NCBI GenBank assembly: GCA_021824345.1
Contig: JAKAKW010000012.1
Coordinates: 1,491 to 65,490, forward strand
From: a bacterium
Lineage (GTDB): Bacteria; Patescibacteriota; Minisyncoccia; Phycocordibacterales; UBA9973
Direction of reading: 5' to 3'
Length of the DNA: 64,000 nucleotides
Under the pieces are notes generated by a model. That model was given only the letters and a program-made list of their open reading frames with translations, was not told where the DNA came from and made no database searches. This document shows, piece after piece, positions 18,451 to 28,333 of the stretch; position 1 is the first letter of the stretch, and each line of letters opens with the position of its first letter. The translations under genes and the position numbers were made by a program.

Positions 18451-19425
18451 CTAAGAATTCACGGCGTATTTCGGCGTTCTGCCTTCAAAAAAGTCTATGA
18501 TGTTCTGGGCCGCAATCTCCGCCATCTGGTTGCGTACAAGAGTGTCGGCGGAGGCGATGTGGGGAGTAAGCACGGTGCTCTCCATTTTCTTCAAGGCCGG
18601 GTTGATTTTCGGCTCGAATTCGTACACGTCCAGCCCCGCTCCGGCGATGACTTTCTGCTCCAAGGCCAGGGCCAGGGCCCCTTCGTCTATCACCGGCCCG
18701 CGGGAAGTATTGATTATAAATGCGGTCGGCTTCATGAGGCGCAAGTTTTTTTCATTAATCAGATGCTTGGTGGAGGGAAGGAGGGGAACATGCAGGCTCA
18801 CGAAATCCGCGTTCGGCAGAAGCTCGTCCACCGTTTTGAAATATTCCGCCTCGCATTTTTGCTCCAGTTCTTCGTTTCTTTTCACGTCAGTGTAAATTAC
18901 TTTCATTCCCATGGCATGAGCCATTTCCGCCACTCTCCCCCCGATGCGTCCGGTGCCTACCACGCCGAAGGTCTGGCCCAGAACGTCCGAACCCAAAAAG
19001 AGAAGAGGCACCCAGCCTTTGTATTTTCCCGCCCGAGTGAAACGGTCCCCTTCGGGAATTCTCTTGGCCAGGGCGAACATCAGTCCGATGGCATGCTCGG
19101 CCACGGATTCAGGAGTCTTCGGAGCGGGAGAATTGGCAATGGCGATTCCGCGGGCTTTCGCTTCAGCCAGATCTATGTTGTCAAAGCCGGTGGCGTAATT
19201 TGAAAAAATTTTTACGCTCGGAGCCGCTTCGTAAACTTCCTTGTCTATCTTGTTGGTGAGCAGAGACAGCACGGCGTCGTATTGTTTCTTTTTTAATATG
19301 GAAATCAGCTTGCCTTTGGACAAGTCCTTCGGCTTCGGATTCACATCCACTTCATAGCCTTTTTCCCGGAGCATTTTTTCCGCCACCTCCGGTATTTTTC
19401 TTGTGATATAAACGTTTTTTTGCAT
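18451..19425 (-). CDS. D-glycerate/glyoxylate reductase (D-2-hydroxyacid dehydrogenase)
   Basis: GTGRIG, INTSRGPVIDE, AGLDVYEFEP, TPHIASA. Confidence 0.88.
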   Translation of the reverse strand: MQKNVYITRKIPEVAEKMLREKGYEVDVNPKPKDLSKGKLISILKKKQYDAVLSLLTNKIDKEVYEAAPSVKIFSNYATGFDNIDLAEAKARGIAIANSPAPKTPESVAEHAIGLMFALAKRIPEGDRFTRAGKYKGWVPLLFLGSDVLGQTFGVVGTGRIGGRVAEMAHAMGMKVIYTDVKRNEELEQKCEAEYFKTVDELLPNADFVSLHVPLLPSTKHLINEKNLRLMKPTAFIINTSRGPVIDEGALALALEQKVIAGAGLDVYEFEPKINPALKKMESTVLTPHIASADTLVRNQMAEIAAQNIIDFFEGRTPKYAVNS

Positions 19426-19440
19426 CAGTATGTAAACATG

Positions 19441-20565
19441 TTAATTGCTAATACTATTATCAACTCCGACAGCTTCGCTTATATTCTTGAAACCGTCTTT
19501 TTTCAGGAGTTCGGCAAGCTCCTGATTTATTTCACTGATCAATTGCGGGCCCTCGAAAATCATCCCGGTAATCATTTCCACCAGGGAAGCGCCCAGGCGG
19601 ATTTTTTTATAAGCGTCCTGCGCGTTCCAAATTCCCCCCGAACCGATGAGGATGAATCTTTTTCCCGCCTTGCGGTAAACATACGAAAGCATTTGATTGG
19701 AGAGGCCTTCTACGGCTTTTCCGGATAAGCCGCCGCGCATGCCTCTATGGCCGGCAGAGATTGGCATTCTGCGCTTTGTGAGGTTTGTGCATATTATGCC
19801 GTCCACTTTGTGCGCTTCCGCGCACGCCAGAATGCCGTCCGTTTGTTCTTCGGAAATATCCGGAGAAAGCTTTAAGAATACCGGGCAGTGCCGCTTTTCT
19901 TTGTCCAAAGCCGAAAGCAAAACGTCCAAAAACTTAGGGTCGGAAAAAGGCTGTCCTCCTTCGGCGTTGGGGCAGGAAATATTTACGGCCAGGTAGCTTG
20001 CAAAAGGTTCCAGAGCGCGGAAAGCCAAGACGTAATCTTTTATCGCCTTTTCCGCGTCCAGATTTTCCGGACAGTTGGTCATGGCGATGCTCGCCCCTAT
20101 GGGAATTTCAAAATGTTTTCCCGCCAAGCGTTTTGCCACTTTTTCACAACCTTCGTTTTTCAGCCCGTAATGCACCACCAAGCTGCGCTCCTCCGGCAGC
20201 CTCCAAAGCCTGGGCTTGGGATTGCCCGCGCACTCCCGTCCGGTGACCGATCCGATTTCGGCAAAGCCGAAGCCTATTGCCGGAAGAATTCCGGTCAGTT
20301 TTCCGTCCTTGTCAAAGCCGGCGGAAAGCCCGACGGGATTCTTGAAATGAATTCCATGAAGATTTTGTTCCAAGGAAGGGTTTTGATAGTCAAAAAGCCC
20401 TTTCGCGATTTTTATTCCCAGCTTGTGGTTTCCAAGAAATATTCCCGTTTCCGTCATGCGGTCGTGCATACTCTCCGGATCCGCCCGAAAAAAAGCGGGT
20501 TTCAGAATTCCTTGATATATTCCGCGGGATATTTTGTTTCTGCTTCGCACAAGGCTATCCTTCAT
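19441..20565 (-). CDS. pyrD: Quinone-dependent dihydroorotate dehydrogenase (class 2)
   Basis: DPESMH, NPVGLSAGFDK, GNPKPRLWRL, NISCPN, GGLSG. Confidence 0.9.
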   Translation of the reverse strand: MKDSLVRSRNKISRGIYQGILKPAFFRADPESMHDRMTETGIFLGNHKLGIKIAKGLFDYQNPSLEQNLHGIHFKNPVGLSAGFDKDGKLTGILPAIGFGFAEIGSVTGRECAGNPKPRLWRLPEERSLVVHYGLKNEGCEKVAKRLAGKHFEIPIGASIAMTNCPENLDAEKAIKDYVLAFRALEPFASYLAVNISCPNAEGGQPFSDPKFLDVLLSALDKEKRHCPVFLKLSPDISEEQTDGILACAEAHKVDGIICTNLTKRRMPISAGHRGMRGGLSGKAVEGLSNQMLSYVYRKAGKRFILIGSGGIWNAQDAYKKIRLGASLVEMITGMIFEGPQLISEINQELAELLKKDGFKNISEAVGVDNSISN

Positions 20566-20938
20566 AATGTTCGTCGTCCGCTTCCGCCTCCGCTTTCGTC
20601 CGGTGGATTACGCCTTTGCGGTGATTGGGCGGAGCGTAAACGGTGTAAAGCTTCATCTTTTCCGTTTCGGAGGCATTGATGATGTTGTGCTCGGTGCCGG
20701 CCGGCACGATTACCACCGATCCGTCGCCGATCGCGCTTTCTTCTCCGTCCAGGACGGATTTTCCTTCCCCCTTTTCTATGCGGATAAACTGATCCAGGTG
20801 ATGCACTTCCATGCCGATGTCTTCCTTGGGCAAAAGGCTCATTACCACCAGCTGCAGATTCGGGCCGGTATACAGCACTTGCCTGAAATTTTCATTGGCC
20901 AGAGTTTTTTCTTCAATGTTTTCTACGTATCCTTTCAT
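20555..20938 (-). CDS. Cupin domain protein
   Basis: NENFRQVLYTG, EDIGMEVH, VPAGTEHNIIN, KLYTVYAPPNH. Confidence 0.88.
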   Translation of the reverse strand: MKGYVENIEEKTLANENFRQVLYTGPNLQLVVMSLLPKEDIGMEVHHLDQFIRIEKGEGKSVLDGEESAIGDGSVVIVPAGTEHNIINASETEKMKLYTVYAPPNHRKGVIHRTKAEAEADDEHYEG

Positions 20939-21030
20939 AAGATTATATGTGTTATTTATTGCCCATATTATATCATATTTCCCGCATCAAAACCGCCCGG
21001 GAACTTCCCGGCGGGGGCGATCCCGTACGG

Positions 21031-21783
21031 CTAGAAAAAAGCTTCCGTGTATATGTTTTCTTCCGGCGCGCCGGCGTTTTGAAGGGAACGCCACAGGTCC
21101 CGGGTAAATTCTATGGAACCGCAGATCAAAAATTCTGCGTTATTTAAATTTTTTCCGTTCCCGCCCTTTTCGGCGCTTTCGCCTTTTTCTTCAAAGGAGA
21201 GCATGGACAATATTTTTTTTCCGTCCATTCGCCCGCGCTCGGCCAGCGGGTGGCCGGGATTTTCCCGGGTAATAAAATACCGCAGGCGGAAATTCGGGTG
21301 CTTTTTCGCCAAGGTCTCAAATTCTTTTCCAAAGACCGCGCCGGAGAGAGTGCAGCTTCCGTAAAAAAGGCGCATCGGCCTGCCGGGATTTTTTTTGAGC
21401 TGGTCGAGAATCATGCTCCGGAAAGGGGAGACGCCTATGCCGGAAGCTATCATTACAAGAGGAGAATCGTCCGAATCGCTGAAAAAGTATCCGTACGGCT
21501 CGGTGCCGGTCACTTTGTCGCCCGGCGAAAGGGAAGAAAGGCGTTTGGAAAAATCTCCTATGGTTCTGACGCACAAGGAAAAATTTTTCTCTCCGGGAGG
21601 AGAGGAAATGCTGTATGATTTTCCTTCCGGCTTTCCGGTTTCCGGAAAGTATACGTTTATGTACTGGCCGGCGGAAAAAGAGAGGGGATCTCCGCTGGGC
21701 GTCTTCAATACGACGGTAAAAATGTTTTCCGTCTCGTTCCTGGTTTCCAGAACCTCATATTTTATTTTCCTTTCCTCGTTCAT
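21031..21783 (-). CDS. FAD/NAD(P)-binding ferredoxin reductase-type oxidoreductase
   Basis: AGQYI, KSYSISS, IASGIGVSPFRSM, ICGS, TEAF. Confidence 0.85.
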   Translation of the reverse strand: MNEERKIKYEVLETRNETENIFTVVLKTPSGDPLSFSAGQYINVYFPETGKPEGKSYSISSPPGEKNFSLCVRTIGDFSKRLSSLSPGDKVTGTEPYGYFFSDSDDSPLVMIASGIGVSPFRSMILDQLKKNPGRPMRLFYGSCTLSGAVFGKEFETLAKKHPNFRLRYFITRENPGHPLAERGRMDGKKILSMLSFEEKGESAEKGGNGKNLNNAEFLICGSIEFTRDLWRSLQNAGAPEENIYTEAFF

Positions 21784-22249
21784 GGATTTTTTCGCGATTC
21801 TTTTCATAGTCCAACACCGCTTCCCGCAGGGCTTCGTGGCCGAGCACCGAGCAATGGTATTTGCGCTCGGGAAGACCTCCCAGGCGGTCAATAATGGCTT
21901 CCGGAGTCATGCGCTTTGCGCGCCGGAGATCCATTCCTCCGTTTTCGGTGGCCATCACCGACATCATGGAAGTGGAGGCGATGGCCGAAGCGCAGCCGAA
22001 AGTGCGCCACTTGCATTCGCTTACGCGATTGGTTTTAGGGTCGATCTTCACCCACACCGCCATCACGTCTCCGCAGGCCGGACTGCCCACAACGCCTATG
22101 CCGTCGGCTTCATATCCCGCTTCGTCAATAAGCAGATTACGCGGATGGAAGAAGTGGTCTTTGACCGTATCGCTGTAAAGCCAGTCTTCCACGTCTCCGC
22201 AGGTCAGCTTGCCGGAATCTTTTTTTGCTTTTGCCGCTTTTTTTGCCAT
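21755..22249 (-). CDS. iscU: Fe-S cluster scaffold IscU/NifU
   Basis: GSPACGD, FGCASAIAS, KYHCSVLG. Confidence 0.9.
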   Translation of the reverse strand: MAKKAAKAKKDSGKLTCGDVEDWLYSDTVKDHFFHPRNLLIDEAGYEADGIGVVGSPACGDVMAVWVKIDPKTNRVSECKWRTFGCASAIASTSMMSVMATENGGMDLRRAKRMTPEAIIDRLGGLPERKYHCSVLGHEALREAVLDYEKNREKIHERGKENKI

Positions 22250-22297
22250 GTCTTTTTATTATAGTCCAAGGCGGAGGGTAACCCTCCGCCCTCTCCG

Positions 22298-23512
22298 CTA
22301 TTTTTGTTTTTGGCTTTTTAGAGTAAGGGCCGAGGTGCTCTCCAGCCTGCGCACGATCTCGGGGAATATAAGGATAACATAATCCAGGTCATCTTTGGAG
22401 GTATACTTGCCCAAAGTGAAGCGGATACTGCCGTGGGCCAATTCCGGACTTTGTCCTATGGCCAGAAGAACATGCGAAGGGGAAAGGCTCTTGGCGGAGC
22501 AGGCGCTGCCGGTGCTCGCTTCTATGCCGTAGTTGTCTAAAAGAAGAAGCATGGATTCTCCTTCAATATTCGGAATGGACACGTGCAGATTGTTGGGCAG
22601 GCGGCTTTTCGGGTCGCCGTTTATCAAAATATTCGGAATTTCTTCCTTCAATCTTTTTTCAAAATAATCGCGCAAAGTTGAAATTCTTTTTGATTCTTCT
22701 TCCCGCGATTCCTGCGCTTTCCGGAGCGCTTCGGCAAAGCCGACGATCAAGGGAACCGATTCGGTTCCGGCCCGCAATCCGGACTCCTGTTCTCCGCCCA
22801 AAATGATCGGCGCAAGCTTCGTTCTCTTTTTTACATACAGCGCGCCTATTCCTTTCGGCCCGTAGATTTTGGAACCGTTCAATGTCATGAGGTCCGCGCC
22901 GAGCTTCTTTACGTCAAGCGGAAGATATCCGGCGGCCTGGCACGCGTCAGTGTGAAAAATAGGAAACGCTCCGCCGGACTTTCTTTTTTTATTGATCGCC
23001 TCGGCGATTTCCTTTATCGGCTCCACTGTGCCGATCTCATTGTTCGCGTACATTACCGACACCAATATCGTTTCGGGCCGGATGGCCCGGGCAAGTTCTT
23101 TTGGATCCGCCCGGCCGGATTTGTCTACCGGCAGATAGGCGACCTTGAATCCTTCCTGCTCCAGTTCTTTGGCCGATTCCAGCACCGCTTTGTGTTCAAT
23201 GGCGGATACGATCACATGATTTCCCGCGGAACGGTTCGCCCGCGCCGCGCCCAAGATCGCCAGATTGTCAGACTCGGTTCCGCTGCCGGTAAAAATTATT
23301 TCTCCCGGAGAAGCGTTTATAATTTTCGCGGCATCTTCCCGGCAGAGTTCTATGATCCGGTTGGCGCGCCTTCCGCTTTGGTAAAGGGAAGAAGGGTTCC
23401 CGTATTGAGGGGAAAAATACGGCCGCATCTTTTCCAGCACTTCCGGGTCCGTAGGGGAGGTGGCCGCATAATCCAGATATATGGTTTTACCGTATGCCGC
23501 AGAATTTGACAT
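22298..23512 (-). CDS. iscS: Cysteine desulfurase
   Basis: IYLDYAAT, GNPSS, HTDACQ, KIYGPKG, STGSAC. Confidence 0.92.
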   Translation of the reverse strand: MSNSAAYGKTIYLDYAATSPTDPEVLEKMRPYFSPQYGNPSSLYQSGRRANRIIELCREDAAKIINASPGEIIFTGSGTESDNLAILGAARANRSAGNHVIVSAIEHKAVLESAKELEQEGFKVAYLPVDKSGRADPKELARAIRPETILVSVMYANNEIGTVEPIKEIAEAINKKRKSGGAFPIFHTDACQAAGYLPLDVKKLGADLMTLNGSKIYGPKGIGALYVKKRTKLAPIILGGEQESGLRAGTESVPLIVGFAEALRKAQESREEESKRISTLRDYFEKRLKEEIPNILINGDPKSRLPNNLHVSIPNIEGESMLLLLDNYGIEASTGSACSAKSLSPSHVLLAIGQSPELAHGSIRFTLGKYTSKDDLDYVILIFPEIVRRLESTSALTLKSQKQK

Positions 23513-24176
23513 ATTTTGACATTTTAGCCTGCAAATCATCCAATTCCTCGTCCGTATAAGTGGTTTTCCGGCGGAATTGGGGGTTCAGAATCTTGGTGGA
23601 AACGAATTTCTGCAGATAGTACGCTTCCGCCCCTTTTATTTGTTTTCCTATTTCCAATATGTCCTCCGGAGGAGTGAGCGTCTTTACCAGAGTGGTTCTG
23701 AATTCGTACGGAACGCCGGAGGACATGAGGAGGGAAATGCTTTTCTTTATCGCTTCCGTATCCACTGGCATGGCCACTGTCTTGGAATAGTTGCGGAAAG
23801 GAGCCTTGATGTCCATGGCGATGTAATCCACAACTTTCCGCTTGATCGCTTTTTCCAGAATGTCCGGATTAGTGCCGTTTGAATCCAGTTTTACCAGAAG
23901 CCCGATGCCTTTCGCTTTTTTCATGAAAGAGAGCAGGTCTTCGCCATGAATGGTCGGCTCTCCGCCGGTGATTACCAAGGCGTCCACCATTCCTTTTCTG
24001 CCCTTCAGGAAGGCCAGCACATCTTCCTCCGGTATTCTGGTTTCCACCGTTTCGTCCACCAACTCCGGATTATGGCAGAAAGGGCAACGGAAGTTGCAGC
24101 CGATGGTATACACCATACTGGCTATCTTTCCCGGATAGTCTATTAAGGTAGTTTTTTCCAATCCTCCGAAAATCAT
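23487..24176 (-). CDS. nrdG: Anaerobic ribonucleotide reductase activating radical SAM protein
   Basis: CNFRCPFCHN, ITGGEPT; adjacent to nrdD. Confidence 0.92.
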   Translation of the reverse strand: MIFGGLEKTTLIDYPGKIASMVYTIGCNFRCPFCHNPELVDETVETRIPEEDVLAFLKGRKGMVDALVITGGEPTIHGEDLLSFMKKAKGIGLLVKLDSNGTNPDILEKAIKRKVVDYIAMDIKAPFRNYSKTVAMPVDTEAIKKSISLLMSSGVPYEFRTTLVKTLTPPEDILEIGKQIKGAEAYYLQKFVSTKILNPQFRRKTTYTDEELDDLQAKMSKYVKFCGIR

Positions 24177-26350
24177 TTGCCCGAAGGGATGTTCATTTCC
24201 ACCGCTTCGTGGATGCCGGCCTTTTCCAAAGCGGGGATGTAAGTTTCTCGCAACTTATATTCAGCTTGCTTCCCGGAGTTCCACTGGCTCACCGGGCGCA
24301 GATATCCCACAATGCGGGAATACACTTCGCATTCGTGATGGCAAGTGGGGCAGGCATGATGTTCTCCTGCCAAGTACCCGTGAGAAGAACAGACGCTGAA
24401 AGTAGGAGTAAGGGTAAAGTACGGAAGCTTGTAGTTCTGGCAGATTTTTTTCACCAATTCCGGCACCGAGCTCGGGTCCGCGATTCTTTCGCCCAAGAAA
24501 AGATGCACCACCGTGCCTCCGGTATATTTGGTTTGAAGAGGATCTTGAATATCCAAGGCCTCCACGATATCGTCGGTATAATGCACCGGCAAATGGGAAG
24601 AGTTGGTATAGAAAGGATCCGCTCCGTCTCGAAACTCCGCTTCATTGGCCACAATAATTTCCGGATAGCGCTTCTTGTCTTTCAGGGCCAGGCGATAAGA
24701 CGTGCCTTCGGCCGGAGTTGCTTCCAAATTGTACAAGTTTCCGGTTTCCTGCTGGTATTGGATCAGGCGCGAACGCATAAAGTCCAAAGTTTCCTTTGCA
24801 AACGCGTGTCCTTTCTCAGAACCGATATCCGTGCCCAAAAGGTTTATGGCGGCTTCATTCATGCCCACCAGTCCGATGGTGGAGAAATGGTTGTGCCAAT
24901 ATTCTCCGAAGGATGATTTTATGGTGCGGAGATAAAACCTGGTGTATGGATAAAGATTTGCGTCGGTCAGCCTCTCCAGCATTTTACGCTTTATTTCCAG
25001 GCTTTCCTTGGCCAAATCCATCTTTTCAGCCAGCATGGCGAAGAATTGCTTCTTTGCTTGCGCGTCCGTTACGCCTTCCTTATGTATATCCTTGGCCACA
25101 AAAGCGAGGCGGGGCAGGTTTATGGTAACCACTCCGATTGAACCGGTCAGGGCGTTGGCCCCGAAGAGGCCTCCTCCCCGGCGATCAAGTTCTTCCAAGT
25201 CCAAGCGCAATCGGCAGCACATGGAGCGGCTGTCTTCCGGCTTCATATCTGAACTGACGAAATTGCTGAAGTACGGCACGCCGTATTTGGCGGTGATTTC
25301 CCACAAACCTTTCAGGTTGGGATTCTCCCAGTCAAAATCTTTGGTAATGTTTACCGTAGGAATAGGGAAGGAGAAAACTCTGCCGGAGGCATCGCCTTCC
25401 TTCATCACTTCAAAGAGAGCGCGATTCAAAGTGTCCATTTCTTCCTGGAACTCTCCGTAAGTTTCTTTCTGTTCAACTCCGCCGATGATCACATTATGGC
25501 TTGTGAAGTTCGAAGAGGGAAGCAGATCCAGGGTGATGTTGGAGAAAGGAGTCTGAAATCCCACTCGAGTCGGCACGTTCATATTGAATATGAATTCCTG
25601 CAAGCACTGCTTCACCTCTTTATATGAAAGTTTGTCGTAGCGGATGAACGGAGCGAGCAGAGTGTCGAAATTTGAAAAGGCAATGGCGCCGGCCGCCTCT
25701 CCCTGCAGAGTGTACATGAAGTTTACTATTTGCCCGAGAACGGTGCGGAGGTGTTTGGCCGGGGAAGACTGGATCTTGTCGGACACTCCGGTGAATCCTT
25801 CGCGCAGGAGATCTTCCAGGTCCCATCCAACGCAATAGACGGACAAAGTTCCGAGGTCGTGGATGTGCATGTCTCCTTTCTCATATGCGTCTCGGATTTC
25901 TTTCGGGTATACTTTGTTCAGCCAATAAGTCTTGCTCACCTCGGAAAAAATGTAGTTGTTCAATCCTTGCAGGGAATATCCCATGTTGCTGTTCTCTTTC
26001 ACCTGCCAGTCCAGCTTGTCCAGATAGTCGTCTATCATGTCTACGGACGCCGCCGTGGCAAAAGCGCGCATCTCTTCGTGCTGTTTGCGGTACAAAATAT
26101 ACCCTTTGGCGGTTTTTCCGTAGCGCGAAGCAAGCAAGGTTTCCTCCACAATGTCCTGGATCTCTTCAACCGAAGGCACTTTGGCCGAAACCTTCTTCTG
26201 GGTGGAAGCGATAGCTTTTTCAGAGAGTTCTTTGGCTTTTTTTTCGTCGAATTCCCCGGTTGCCTTGCCGGCTTTCATGATTGCCTCGGTAATTTTTTTC
26301 TTATCAAACGGCACCAGGCGCCCGTCTCTCTTTTTAATATGCTTCCACAT
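24173..26350 (-). CDS. nrdD: Class III ribonucleoside-triphosphate reductase with ATP cone
   Basis: IKKRDGR ATP cone, HIHDL, SMCCRL, EATPAEG, YTNS, YSRIVGYLRP glycyl loop. Confidence 0.95.
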   Translation of the reverse strand: MWKHIKKRDGRLVPFDKKKITEAIMKAGKATGEFDEKKAKELSEKAIASTQKKVSAKVPSVEEIQDIVEETLLASRYGKTAKGYILYRKQHEEMRAFATAASVDMIDDYLDKLDWQVKENSNMGYSLQGLNNYIFSEVSKTYWLNKVYPKEIRDAYEKGDMHIHDLGTLSVYCVGWDLEDLLREGFTGVSDKIQSSPAKHLRTVLGQIVNFMYTLQGEAAGAIAFSNFDTLLAPFIRYDKLSYKEVKQCLQEFIFNMNVPTRVGFQTPFSNITLDLLPSSNFTSHNVIIGGVEQKETYGEFQEEMDTLNRALFEVMKEGDASGRVFSFPIPTVNITKDFDWENPNLKGLWEITAKYGVPYFSNFVSSDMKPEDSRSMCCRLRLDLEELDRRGGGLFGANALTGSIGVVTINLPRLAFVAKDIHKEGVTDAQAKKQFFAMLAEKMDLAKESLEIKRKMLERLTDANLYPYTRFYLRTIKSSFGEYWHNHFSTIGLVGMNEAAINLLGTDIGSEKGHAFAKETLDFMRSRLIQYQQETGNLYNLEATPAEGTSYRLALKDKKRYPEIIVANEAEFRDGADPFYTNSSHLPVHYTDDIVEALDIQDPLQTKYTGGTVVHLFLGERIADPSSVPELVKKICQNYKLPYFTLTPTFSVCSSHGYLAGEHHACPTCHHECEVYSRIVGYLRPVSQWNSGKQAEYKLRETYIPALEKAGIHEAVEMNIPSGK

Positions 26351-26498
26351 TTTTTGAATTATTGTTAGAGTTAAAATTTTTTAAATTCGACGATTTTTTT
26401 ACCGGCCGATTGGCCGGGTGTTCATTATAGTTCCCGCTTCCGGCTGTGGCAATGTTCATAACGAGCCAGGAAACAATCCCCGGCAAAAATCAAGGAAT

Positions 26499-26537
26499 AA
26501 CGAAAAATACCCCCGAAATTCGGGGGTATTTTTCGTT
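26499..26537 (-). terminator. Long inverted repeat downstream of the AAP-repeat peptide
   Basis: AACGAAAAATACCCCCGA-AAT-TCGGGGGTATTTTTCGTT. Confidence 0.75.
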
Positions 26538-26570
26538 CATTTCCGTAGCTCTTCAGAAATCTTTTTCTTA

Positions 26571-26690
26571 CTAAGCGGCAGGATTCTGCTCGGGCTGTAC
26601 AGGAGCGGCAGTGTTTCCCTGAGGAGCGGCAGTGTCTCCCTGAGGAGCGGCAGGATTCTGCTGACCGTCGTTGTTTGTATTCTGATCCAT
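26571..26690 (-). CDS. 39-aa low-complexity peptide MDQNTNNDGQQNPAAPQGDTAAPQGNTAAPVQPEQNPAA
   Basis: Hand translation; 21-nt in-frame tandem repeats; own terminator; alternative in-frame ATG at 26708. Confidence 0.6.
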   Translation of the reverse strand: MDQNTNNDGQQNPAAPQGDTAAPQGNTAAPVQPEQNPAA

Positions 26691-26879
26691 AAAAGTATGT
26701 ATTTGCATGTTAAGCTGACAAAATGGTTTCTACGGCAAGCCGCGAAAACATATTTCGCTTTCGCTCACACGCAGTGAAAATAAATATTCACGCGCTCTCG
26801 CTTGACGAAATAACGACCTATCAGCGACCACAGCATGATATCCAGCATATGGCAAGCATTTTTTAAAAAAGTTTTTGAA

Positions 26880-27173
26880 CTAGAGAACAAAAAGCAAAAC
26901 CACGAAGATTGCGGTAAAGATCGCAAAAATAGAAACAGTTTTACCGAAATCCCTCAATGCTTCCTGCTTTCTGTCCATCACATACAGTTCCAGCGGTTCA
27001 TAAAGGAAAAGATATCCCATAACCGCCGCCGACAGGACAAAGAGAGCCAGCATAGTCATGGGAACCAGAATGTCCCCCTGAGGAGTGGCCTTTGTCATTA
27101 CGTTTATGACGTAGACTATCAGCGCTATGTATGCCGCCGCGCAAAGCGACCTGAAGAATGGTTTTCTAAGCAT
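26880..27173 (-). CDS. Small membrane protein (3 TM)
   Basis: Hydrophobic ORF with an extended -10 element (TGGTATAAT) 7 nt upstream. Confidence 0.75.
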   Translation of the reverse strand: MLRKPFFRSLCAAAYIALIVYVINVMTKATPQGDILVPMTMLALFVLSAAVMGYLFLYEPLELYVMDRKQEALRDFGKTVSIFAIFTAIFVVLLFVL

Positions 27174-27240
27174 GTGTCAAATTATACCATATTTCTTTTT
27201 TTCCCGCTCCAAGTTTTTTGCAGAATGTTATAATATGCGG

Positions 27241-28275
27241 ATGGGGATAAAAATTTTTACAATTTTTTTTGCGCTGGCGATGGTTGCCGTTCCGGCGGTG
27301 GCCGGGGCGAACTCTTCGCCATATCAGCGGCTGTCCACTTCCTATCAGAAAATTTTTTATTACAAGGAAAATGGCACGTCCCGCGCTTCACTTTTTAAAA
27401 ATTGGAAATACATAGACGTGCTGGCTCCCCAGGCGTACGCCATAAACAGCGAAGGCAAGCTTGAGGGAAGCATTGGCTCCCTGACTCTTAATTTTGCCCG
27501 GACACATGGAATAAAAATGATGCCGCTGGTCACCAATAAAGCTTTCGGCAAGGAGGCCTTCCAGGCGGTGCTCGACGATTCAGTGAAACAATCTTCGGCG
27601 ATTGCCGCCCTGGCGTCCGAAGCGAAGGCGAAGGGGTATTGGGGATGGCAGATTGATTTCGAGGGAATGGATTCTTCCTATCGGGACAAGTTTTCCGCTT
27701 TCGTAAAAAATTTTTCCGATGCCATGAGGGAAAATGGATTAAAATCCAGCGTGGCGACAGTGGCGGAAGTGTCGGAAAACCCGAATGATTATCCGCGCAA
27801 CCTGTGGCAGAGGCTTATAGGAGTCTACGACTATAAATCACTGGGGCAGAGCGCTGATTTTGTGAGCATTATGTCGTATGACGATCCGAACTCAAGCGGG
27901 CCGATCTCGGGATATCCCTGGCTTTCAAAAGTGCTTGATTACAGCCGAAGCGTAATTCCGGCCGAGAAGATTTCCCTCGGTATTCCGCTTTATTATTGGC
28001 GCTGGAATACGGCTTCCGATAAGCTCATGGCCGCAGGCGGGTTCTCCCAGCTGAAGAATTTCATCAAAAAATACAAGGTTTACTTCGGGTACAGTTCTTC
28101 TGAACAGGAATCGTACATAAGCTATTGGAGCGGGGGAACCAAATATATGATTTGGTACGAAGATACGGAAGGAATGGCCGCCAAGATCGCCCTGATCAAG
28201 AAGTTTAAGCTGGCCGGATTCTCCGCGTGGGTTTTGGGGTTGGAAGTGCCGGGAGTTTACAAAGCGATCAAGTAG
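27241..28275 (+). CDS. Secreted glycoside hydrolase family 18
   Basis: Signal peptide, GWQIDFE, IMSYDD, KISLGIPLY, GFSAWVLG. Confidence 0.85.
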   Translation: MGIKIFTIFFALAMVAVPAVAGANSSPYQRLSTSYQKIFYYKENGTSRASLFKNWKYIDVLAPQAYAINSEGKLEGSIGSLTLNFARTHGIKMMPLVTNKAFGKEAFQAVLDDSVKQSSAIAALASEAKAKGYWGWQIDFEGMDSSYRDKFSAFVKNFSDAMRENGLKSSVATVAEVSENPNDYPRNLWQRLIGVYDYKSLGQSADFVSIMSYDDPNSSGPISGYPWLSKVLDYSRSVIPAEKISLGIPLYYWRWNTASDKLMAAGGFSQLKNFIKKYKVYFGYSSSEQESYISYWSGGTKYMIWYEDTEGMAAKIALIKKFKLAGFSAWVLGLEVPGVYKAIK

Positions 28276-28333
28276 CTCCGGCCGGCGATTTTTATTTTTA
28301 GGGCGGAGGGTAACCCTCCGCCATGCTTTTGAG

